42,724 nt of DNA. Source: Pseudomonadota bacterium. GTDB lineage: Bacteria; Pseudomonadota; Alphaproteobacteria; RF32; CAG-239. Position numbers and translations under genes: made by a program. The number at the start of each line of letters is the position of its first letter. Within the stretch, counting starts at the first letter, position 1. Under the pieces are notes generated by a model. The model was not told the DNA's origin and did not search any database. It was given only the letters and a program-made list of their open reading frames with translations. Where the stretch lies: assembly GCA_918234285.1 (NCBI GenBank), contig CAKJXZ020000063.1, forward strand, positions 1 to 42,724, given 5' to 3'. Positions 1 to 8,200 of the stretch are shown one piece after another.

Positions 1-1
1 A

Positions 2-1465
2 CGCCAGGCCACTAAAGATGCCGGTAAAATTGCCGGTTTGGAAGTTTTGCGTATCATCAACGAGCCGACCGCGGCCGCACTTGCTTACGGTATGGATAAA
101 AAAGCGTCCGGCACCATTGTGGTATATGACCTGGGCGGTGGTACGTTCGATGTTTCCATTTTGGAAATCGGTGATGGTGTGTTTGAAGTTAAGGCCACCA
201 ACGGCGATACCTTCTTGGGCGGTGAAGATTTCGACCAACGTATCGTAAATTATTTGGCCGATGAGTTCAAAAAAGAACAGGGTATCGATTTGCGCACGGA
301 CAGACTTGCTTTGCAACGTTTGAAAGAAGCGGCGGAAAAAGCTAAAATCGAGCTTTCTTCTACCACACAAACCGATGTTAACTTGCCGTTTATTACCGCT
401 GACAGTTCCGGCGCCAAACACTTGAACATTAAGTTAACCCGCGCCAAACTGGAATCTTTGGTTGAGGATTTGATTGAAAAAACGGCCGAACCGTGCAAAA
501 AGGCTCTGGCCGATGCCGGGCTGAAACCGAGCGATATCAGTGAAGTTATTCTGGTCGGCGGTATGACGCGTATGCCGAAAGTTCAGGAAAAAGTTAAGGA
601 AATCTTCGGCAAAGAGCCGCATAAGGGCGTTAACCCTGATGAAGTTGTGGCCGTCGGTGCCGCTATTCAGGGCGGTGTGTTGATGGGCGACGTTAAAGAT
701 GTGTTGCTTTTGGATGTTACTCCGCTGTCGCTCGGTATTGAAACGTTGGGCGGTGTGTTTACGCGTTTGATTGACCGCAATACCACCATTCCGACCCGTA
801 AATCGCAGGTATTCTCAACGGCTGAAGACGGTCAGACCGCGGTTACCATTCGTGTATTCCAAGGCGAACGTGAAATTGCCGCACACAATAAACTTTTGGG
901 CCAGTTCGATTTGGTGGGAATTCCGCCGGCACCGCGCGGTATGCCGCAAATTGAAGTTACTTTCGATATTGATGCCAACGGTATTGTGAACGTTTCCGCC
1001 AAAGATAAGGCCACCAACAAAGAACAAGCCATTCGTATTCAGGCTTCCGGCGGTTTGAGCGACGACGAAATCAATAAGATGGTTAAAGATGCTGAAGCCA
1101 ACGCCGAAGCCGATAAACAGCGCAAGGAATTGGTGGAAGCCAAAAACCACGCGGAAGGTTTGGTTCACGAAGTTGAAAAGAACCTGAAAGAATATGGCGA
1201 CAAGGTGTCTTCGGCCGAAAGAGATGCTATCAGCAAAGCTTTGGAAGACACCAAAGCAGCGATGGAAAAGGAAAATCTCGAAGACTTGAAGTCTAAGACC
1301 GATGCCTTAATGCAGGCTTCAATGAAACTCGGCGAAGCGATGTATAAATCACAACAAGCTCAAGGTGCAACAGGCGCCCAACAGGGTGCCGATGCCGGTG
1401 CCGCTTCATCCGACAACAAGGATGATGGGGGGGTTGTTGATGCCGACTTCGAAGAAGTAAAATAA
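2..1465 (+). CDS. dnaK: Chaperone DnaK (Hsp70), 5'-truncated by the window edge
   Basis: Frame open from base 2 ([30 protein letters not shown]). Motifs [38 protein letters not shown] and C-terminal [10 protein letters not shown]. Confidence 0.99.
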   Translation, partial: RQATKDAGKIAGLEVLRIINEPTAAALAYGMDKKASGTIVVYDLGGGTFDVSILEIGDGVFEVKATNGDTFLGGEDFDQRIVNYLADEFKKEQGIDLRTDRLALQRLKEAAEKAKIELSSTTQTDVNLPFITADSSGAKHLNIKLTRAKLESLVEDLIEKTAEPCKKALADAGLKPSDISEVILVGGMTRMPKVQEKVKEIFGKEPHKGVNPDEVVAVGAAIQGGVLMGDVKDVLLLDVTPLSLGIETLGGVFTRLIDRNTTIPTRKSQVFSTAEDGQTAVTIRVFQGEREIAAHNKLLGQFDLVGIPPAPRGMPQIEVTFDIDANGIVNVSAKDKATNKEQAIRIQASGGLSDDEINKMVKDAEANAEADKQRKELVEAKNHAEGLVHEVEKNLKEYGDKVSSAERDAISKALEDTKAAMEKENLEDLKSKTDALMQASMKLGEAMYKSQQAQGATGAQQGADAGAASSDNKDDGGVVDADFEEVK

Positions 1466-1567
1466 AACCCGTATAATGGTCTGCTAATCAAAGGCTTTTT
1501 CCCTTATGTACTACTTTGTACACTACGGGAAAAAGCCTTTTTCTATCAGACTCATTCTCCGGATTTT
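1464..1567. repeat. Dispersed long palindromic element, copy 1 (MITE/REP/RPE-like or structured RNA)
   Basis: Nested inverted repeats: aaaacccg/cggatttt (one mismatch), aatggtctg/cagactcatt, aaaggctttttccc/gggaaaaagccttt and tgtac/gtaca. Homologous to 31645-31749. Confidence 0.85.
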
Positions 1568-1764
1568 TATGGAGTGTACCTCTTGTCGTACATGTCGCCG
1601 GAGGAACAAAAACAACCTCAAAATGTTGTTTTTGGACGACGGGCGAAGACCACTTAATGAGACGGAACGGTAGCGACGGCGAATTTAGTGGATGAGTGAC
1701 CGAAGCGAGCCAAAGGCGTAGCAAGAAAAATCCCCCTTCGTATTTACTTCATTCTCCGGATTTT
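1552..1764. repeat. 16-bp direct repeat TCATTCTCCGGATTTT flanking a ~180-bp hairpin-rich segment
   Basis: Identical 16-mer at 1552-1567 and 1749-1764. The inner segment has a tgtac...gtaca hairpin and caaaaacaac/gttgtttttg. Confidence 0.7.
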
Positions 1765-1829
1765 ATGCTGCCGGATTGTTTTGCGTGCGCCGATATAATC
1801 AAAAAGCATTCAATATTTGAGTTTTTTTG

Positions 1830-1857
1830 TTGACTTTTGTCAAAAATAACATATACT
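1830..1857 (+). promoter_or_regulatory. Putative sigma70 promoter with a palindrome over the -35 box
   Basis: TTGACT-16 bp-TATACT. TTGAC-tttt-GTCAA inverted repeat at 1830-1843. Confidence 0.55.
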
Positions 1858-1975
1858 GTTCCTATCAATTTATTATGATGACTATAATTAGCTGAAGGTA
1901 ATGTTTCTCAAGCGGAATAGGACTTCGCCATAGCATCATTTGTTTTTTAGTATTTACAAAAAAATCAAATAGCGT

Positions 1976-2614
1976 ATGAAAAAAATGGTATTTATTATCA
2001 GCCTTATCGGGCTGGTGTTGTTGCCTATATCCTGTGAAGACAGCTTCACCATGGATGAGGAAAAGAACTTTATGCCCATTATGTATGAGGCTAAGACTCC
2101 GGAGGTTCTCGGCGAAGAAGCTAAAATTCTCCTTATCAAGGGCATCGGTGATTTGGTCTTCGATGAGATAGAGAAGACCGATTGGAAAATCATCACCCGA
2201 TACCACGTAGAGTTTAGAGGCAGTCGTCCTCTGCAACTGCTGGATGATGATGACAACGACGGGTACGTAACCTATATGGTCAAAGATGCGCTGTCGAGTA
2301 TTCCTACGAATTACGAGGAGCTTCTGTTGACCTATGATAAGCTAAAGGTCACCTATAACTACCTCGGAATCGAAGCGGAGCTTAGGCCTGACGGCGGGTT
2401 GAAATTAGTTGTCGACATAGAAGAGCTGAAGAGGGAAGAAGAACCGCTCTTCATGCAATCCGGAAACATCGTTTTCAGACTCTGCGTCGGCTCTCTTCCC
2501 GTGAAAATCCACAAACTTCCTTTTGGTGTATTTGCTACCGATGAAGAGGTTGATAAGTGGATTAAGGAACAGGAAGAGAAAGCAAAAGAACAAGACAAAA
2601 CCAAAAATCAGTAA
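1976..2614 (+). CDS. Hypothetical lipoprotein, Bacteroidota-style
   Basis: MKKMVFIISLIGLVLLPISC lipoprotein-type signal followed by acidic residues (EDS). No Shine-Dalgarno upstream. Confidence 0.7.
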   Translation: MKKMVFIISLIGLVLLPISCEDSFTMDEEKNFMPIMYEAKTPEVLGEEAKILLIKGIGDLVFDEIEKTDWKIITRYHVEFRGSRPLQLLDDDDNDGYVTYMVKDALSSIPTNYEELLLTYDKLKVTYNYLGIEAELRPDGGLKLVVDIEELKREEEPLFMQSGNIVFRLCVGSLPVKIHKLPFGVFATDEEVDKWIKEQEEKAKEQDKTKNQ

Positions 2615-2617
2615 GTT

Positions 2618-4333
2618 ATGAAAAAGTATCTGATTTTGATGCTCTTGTTGTCGGTGACAATGGGAGTGTCGGCACAGAAGATGACAATCAAGACCGCTAA
2701 CGGCCAAACGATTGAAATCTCTTGTGAGGGTATTGTTCCGTCTGAGGTGGTAGTGATAAACGACAGCGTCGTTTTCAAAATGCCGCAACCGACTACGCAA
2801 CAGGTTACGAGTTCGGAACCGATAACCGTCGAAGATGCCGATTCTGTCTCCGCTCCGTCTTTTGAAACGGATATGGTGCAGGAGGCCGATACAATCGAGG
2901 TTGATTCGCTTAAACAGAACTACTCCGTCTCAGGGCAGACATTAGTGGGCGCGCTGGCTAATTCTCTGGCTGAAGAACTCAGTCCGGAATATGCCGAGTT
3001 TAACCGCGAACATGCTAATGATCATCCGCAGAGCGAAAAGGATGTGTTCAAGGCCGTAGCCAAGGAGTATGTCGATTCCGATGTGGTTGAGGCTGCCGAC
3101 ATTCTGACCCAAATGTTCTCGGGATTACGCTTTACGAAGGATACAACCTTTGTCCCGCGTTATGAACTGAGAAAGCCGAAAATAAGGTGGCGTACCTATA
3201 ACGTCATCATGCTTGACGGTTCATTTGGTAAGAACATCTCTGAAGTCGATGACAATATCGCCAGCAGGATCAGTGTTGATGACTACGGCGATGACACTTC
3301 GGTTGAGAACAAGTTCGGTGCCGGCGTCACGTTCTCTCATGTATATATGAGGGGCCGGGAGGTTAATGGTAAGTGGGTGCCAAACCCGACATGTTTTGCC
3401 TTATCGTGGGGTGGTATGCTGTCCTATAGCTATGAGCAAGATATGGGTTCATACGTCAATACCATGGGCAAGTTCGGTTTCCAAATCGGAAAAGACATTG
3501 CTCTGGGGGTTGATGCCTTAATCGGCTGCGGTATTACGCCGTACAACACGTTCTACACCAATGGTTTATACCACAGCGTGTTGAATAAGTCGGCGTTTTG
3601 CTTTAAGTATGGCCTGCAGGCGTGGGGTTCTCTGAATTTTACCAGAGATACTTACACCGCCGTGTATGCTCGCTACATCACTTCGGTTCAACCGACTTCT
3701 TCGGTAGGCGAACTTCCTGAAGACTGGGATGTGGTTTTGGAGAACTTTAATCCGTCCGGCTGGACCGTTGGTTTGGCCGTCGGTTATAAGTTCGGAGAAC
3801 TATCATTGCCGTCTTGTAATAAGCGTTTGCAGATTACCCTTAATACCGCCTATCAGCTGGTGGGTAAGCAGAAAGGCCTGATTGTTGCGGGTGAATTCGG
3901 ACGCTTTACGCAAGTTAGTCCGAGTACTTCGCTTAACTACGGCCTGGCTGTGGAGCAGATGTTTGATTATGAGAAGGCTCACAAGCGATACAGCAGTGTA
4001 TTACTCTCCACCGGCTTCAGGGTCAGACAACCGAATCAGCGATGGTTCTGGGGTGCAAAACTTTATGCCGGTGTCGGCGATTATGCCGTAACTCTCGTCG
4101 GTAAAATGGACTACAGCGAAATTACCAACTCCATTAAAAAGCTTTGTGCTAAGGGAGCTTTGCAGTTGAGTGGTGGTCTGAAAATCGGTGAGTGTAACGA
4201 AGTGTTTGCTACTTGTCGCTTGGGCGGTCACCTCGGTAAAGCCATTGATATGGAAGGATTCGATGATACGTCGTATGATAATCTGGATGGCTTCGAACTC
4301 GATGCGGGCTTGGGATACAGAATTACTTTCTAA
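2618..4333 (+). CDS. Hypothetical outer-membrane beta-barrel protein, possibly two tandem barrels
   Basis: Sec signal ending VSA|Q, alternating beta-strand patterns, internal GLAVGYKF and terminal AGLGYRITF (BAM beta-signal with C-terminal Phe). Confidence 0.7.
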   Translation: MKKYLILMLLLSVTMGVSAQKMTIKTANGQTIEISCEGIVPSEVVVINDSVVFKMPQPTTQQVTSSEPITVEDADSVSAPSFETDMVQEADTIEVDSLKQNYSVSGQTLVGALANSLAEELSPEYAEFNREHANDHPQSEKDVFKAVAKEYVDSDVVEAADILTQMFSGLRFTKDTTFVPRYELRKPKIRWRTYNVIMLDGSFGKNISEVDDNIASRISVDDYGDDTSVENKFGAGVTFSHVYMRGREVNGKWVPNPTCFALSWGGMLSYSYEQDMGSYVNTMGKFGFQIGKDIALGVDALIGCGITPYNTFYTNGLYHSVLNKSAFCFKYGLQAWGSLNFTRDTYTAVYARYITSVQPTSSVGELPEDWDVVLENFNPSGWTVGLAVGYKFGELSLPSCNKRLQITLNTAYQLVGKQKGLIVAGEFGRFTQVSPSTSLNYGLAVEQMFDYEKAHKRYSSVLLSTGFRVRQPNQRWFWGAKLYAGVGDYAVTLVGKMDYSEITNSIKKLCAKGALQLSGGLKIGECNEVFATCRLGGHLGKAIDMEGFDDTSYDNLDGFELDAGLGYRITF

Positions 4334-4335
4334 AT

Positions 4336-4377
4336 AAAAAAACAACCGATACCTGATAAGTATCGGTTGTTTTTTTT
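4336..4377 (+). terminator. Intrinsic terminator, bidirectional shape
   Basis: aaaaaaacaaccgatac-loop-gtatcggttgttttttt immediately after the stop codon. Confidence 0.85.
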
Positions 4378-4442
4378 GTGTCGTTTTGATTTATTGAAAT
4401 CGGAGATTTTGCGCATATATCCGCTTTGAAAAGGAGGGTATT

Positions 4443-5135
4443 ATGCCAAAAGTTTGGAAATATGATTATGCCAGCAGGTGCGATTGTTCCGATGATGATA
4501 ATTGCGGTTGTACTTCGCCCGGCAATATGGCTCGGAGTTATGTTGCGGAGAACCTTATAACCGAAACCTGTGCTCAGGTCGGTGTGGAAAGTCAGGCCCT
4601 AAATTTCAGTGCTCCGGCGGTTTTTGCCGACAATACGGTCAGCGACAGTTTTAATTTTTTTGACTATATCAGCAACAGTTATGCCTTGTTGGTATTTTAT
4701 TGGGCTGATTTTACCGCAGTATGTCCGCTTGAAATCACCGCATTTAATCAGGCTTACGAAACATTCGCCGGTCGCGGAGTTAAATTGGTGGCGGTCAGTG
4801 TCGATTCGGTGGCGGCGCATACGGCATGGCGTAAAATGTCACTCGCCGACGGCGGTATCGGGCAGGTTAAATTTCCGCTGGTATCGGATATAAATAAACA
4901 AATCAGCAAGGGATACGGAGTTTTGCGTGCCGACGGTATGGCGCAGCGTGCCACGTTTTTGATTGATCGGAATTATACCATACGCTATCAGGCGGTATAT
5001 GATAAGGAAATTGAGCGAAATATTGATGAAACTCTACGGGTAACCGATAAACTTCTGGCGCTTGACGAGGCCAAATGCCGCGGCTTGGGCTGCTTGTTAC
5101 AGTCGCAAACGGCGACAAACAATCTGACAATATAG
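4443..5135 (+). CDS. AhpC/Prx1-family peroxiredoxin, atypical
   Basis: FYWADFTAVCPLE (peroxidatic Cys motif), VSVDS..H.AW, FPLVSD, QRATFLID. Strong RBS AAGGAGG. Confidence 0.85.
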   Translation: MPKVWKYDYASRCDCSDDDNCGCTSPGNMARSYVAENLITETCAQVGVESQALNFSAPAVFADNTVSDSFNFFDYISNSYALLVFYWADFTAVCPLEITAFNQAYETFAGRGVKLVAVSVDSVAAHTAWRKMSLADGGIGQVKFPLVSDINKQISKGYGVLRADGMAQRATFLIDRNYTIRYQAVYDKEIERNIDETLRVTDKLLALDEAKCRGLGCLLQSQTATNNLTI

Positions 5136-5146
5136 CGATATTTACG

Positions 5147-5173
5147 GCGGCGAGCTATCAATCGCCGCTTTTT
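5147..5173 (+). terminator. Intrinsic terminator
   Basis: gcggcga-loop-tcgccgc followed by ttttt. Confidence 0.7.
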
Positions 5174-5214
5174 GTATTGTAACAAAAATTTAACATTAAA
5201 ATTAGCGAAAATAT

Positions 5215-5242
5215 TTGACAAAACATAAAAATATGCTAAACT
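5215..5242 (+). promoter_or_regulatory. Putative sigma70 promoter with extended -10
   Basis: TTGACA-16 bp-TAAACT with TG just upstream of the -10. RBS AGGAG at ~5263. Confidence 0.6.
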
Positions 5243-5274
5243 GAACATATATTGATATATTCAGGAGAACGACC

Positions 5275-8200
5275 ATGGCTATTTATAATAATTTTTCCGA
5301 TGTCGCCGATAGAGCGGATTTTAAGGATTTTATCCGTGATAAATTCGGAATTACCGATGTTTCACAAATTGCGGATGTAGAACAGACGGCCTTATTAATG
5401 TCCTTTAAAAGTCATACCAACGACTTAAGTGACGCGGATATTGATTTCTTGGAGGAAATCAGACAAGCCAACAATAAGGACGATATGGAAGAACTTACTG
5501 ATGTCGAATTGGGTTCGGTAAGAGATTTTGATCAACTGACAATTGACGAACAGATTTATATCTCCGTCAAAAATTATGATGCAAAAGATAAAGGCGTTAC
5601 CATCGATCAAATCAGAGATAACCTGATAAAAAGAGGCCTCGAAAATATAGAAAAAGAACAAGCAGCCACTGAGTTCAACGATAAAGATGCGGTGTATGAT
5701 GCGTTTCATCAACTGGCAACCGAAGTGCAAAACGGCGGTATCGGTGACGGCGCCGGTCAGGTAAAGCCTCATGAAATCTCTGACTTTATCGCTAAAAAAG
5801 AAAGCTATCTTGAAAAACATCCTGAAGAAAAAGAAGAAGTTAACGGCCAGCTCGGTAAATTCCTGAATAACCAAGACCAGGAAAAAATGTTCTACGGCAA
5901 CGAATTGTATACCGTGGACGATGGTTTCCGCAAAACCTATCAGCAAGCAGAGCTTGATTATGCCGATCTGTTGATGGGCAAAGATCACCCATCGCCGGAA
6001 GGATTTGACCTGGAGCATATTTTTGATAATGTCGACGATGTTAAACCGCAGCCTGCTCCTCAGCCGGATACGAAGCCGCAACCGGCACCGGTCAACGACG
6101 ATAAACAGCCAAAACCGATTACCGTCGGCGCGATTCCGGATAAGGATAAAGAAAACGATAACGTGAATATTACTCCAAAACCTCAACCGCAACCTGAGCC
6201 TCATCTGCAACCGGTAGCAACGGAGTATGAAATCGTGACGGAAGAATATCGTAAGCTGAGTCTCAACGGTGATAAAAATGATGCCATGATGGATTTGTTG
6301 CGCATCGGTGTTTTGCAGAATATGAACAAAGTTGAAAATGTTGATTTGAAAAAACTGAGTGAACAGGAGGCAATCGAGATTCTGCATGATACCTTGCCGA
6401 AGCTCTCCAATAAAGAACTGAAAGAAATGGAGAGCAAGGTTACCGATAAAATCCTGGAAGCCGATCCGCAAACCAAGCAATCCGAACTTTTAGGTATGGT
6501 GCCGCCGCTGGTTTTGGCCGAAAAATATGAAGAACTGAGCGCGGTTGTCAACAAAACCAATGACGGTCCGGAGCATGATGAGGCCTTGGAAAAACTGAAT
6601 AAAGTAGGTGACAGAATCGATAGCCTGGCCTCGCAACTGCTTACCAAAAAAATCGACCGCGATTTGTGGTTCAACGATTATACCAATATTGCCGATATTC
6701 ATTACGGCTACGAAAAAATGTTTGCCGCCCGCGAAAAAGATTTGATTGAATTGGCTAAAGAAGGCAATCAATCGGCCGACCAACGTGTAGGTATTATGCG
6801 CGACGGTATGAAACTGTTGAATGAAGAAGTCGCCAAATATGACGAGCGGATGAATTTATCCGGTGTTGATAAAGACAGTGCCGATGATTTGAATAAGCGT
6901 TTCGACTCGGTTAAGCCGCGGATTGACGGAGTGGAACTTGATCCGGAAACTTTGAAGTTAGTCTCTCATTATAAATTCAGAGACGAACAAGGTCAAATCG
7001 AGCCGCAATTCGAACTGCCGGACGGTACGCGCAGCGATACTTATGCGCAGGGCGCCAAAATTATTGAGGGCAGTAAGCTCGATTCCATGGTTAAGATGGC
7101 AAAACAGGATATTTTGCTCGAGAGTTTGGGAGCTGACGAAAATGCGTTAACCGATGAAAACTTAAAGCGTGAAGTTAACGAGCGTCTGCCGTTTAAGCTG
7201 TTTGAAATCGATGCCGAAACCAAGGGCTTGGATTTGGCAAATCGCTTAAAACAAGATGCTCCGATAATGGCTAAAGACGAGTTTACCAACTCTGACCATT
7301 ATCTTAAGTTCTTAAATGAGTTGCGTCAGTCACCGAAAGTCTGCGACAACGGTGTTTATGAAGTTGCTCGCGACAATATGGTTGAGAAAAATCGTGCCTT
7401 TACGCAACGTTTGGCTCAAAAAATCGATAGTCAGGATAATCCGATTTTATTCAAAGTAATGGATTCGGTAAAAGATTTCGATAAACGCGCCAACGACAGA
7501 AATGCCAACGGCAAAGTCAGCCGCAAAGAAATTTGGAAGAACATCGGTAAACGCGCTTTATTAGGCGGCGGTATTGCTTTTGCTACCTCGTTTGCGCTTT
7601 CTACCGGTGCGGCGGCCCTGGCGGCAGATGCCAGCCTGACAGCTTCGACCATGGGTATGAACAAATTTGCCGGCGCCATTTTGGGTACCGGTCTCGGTAT
7701 CGGCGCTATGGCTCTGCATGTTAAGAATTGGCGCAAATCGCAAAAGAAACAAGGCAAACCGGCCGGCTTGAAGGCATTTCTCAAAAATCCGCAGAACCTG
7801 ATGTCGGTTGCTACTTCTGCTTTGGGCGGTTTTGCTACCGGTGCTTTGCTGACCGGTAACCCGGCGATGGCACAATTGGCCGGTTACGGCGCAATTGCCA
7901 TGGGCGCAATTAACGGAACAACCACCAACTATGCACAAATCAAAAAAGCCGGCGGCAACAATTTTGATGCCATTGCCGGCGGGTTGCTCGTCGGCGGTGC
8001 TACTATCGGCGGCGGCTTCTTGGGACGCGAAGCTTCGCATTTGGCAATTGATGCCTTTAACAAGCTGATGCCGGATAATCGTGTTTTCCAAGACCAACAT
8101 ACCACCAAAACCCGTATTCAGGAAGCTAAAGATGAGTTTGTTTTCAATGATAAAGAAGCAGTGGTGAAAGGTTCGCAAAATACTCTTGATAACTTCTATA

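Noticed and set aside
1488-1724. 78-aa minus-strand ORF after dnaK
   Set aside because: It lies across palindromic repeats, has no RBS and no protein-like features.
1891-1935. Fluoride riboswitch or hammerhead-like words (ttcgccata, ctgaag)
   Set aside because: The required partners are missing (GGCGATGG 5' strand; CTGANGA plus GAAA core).
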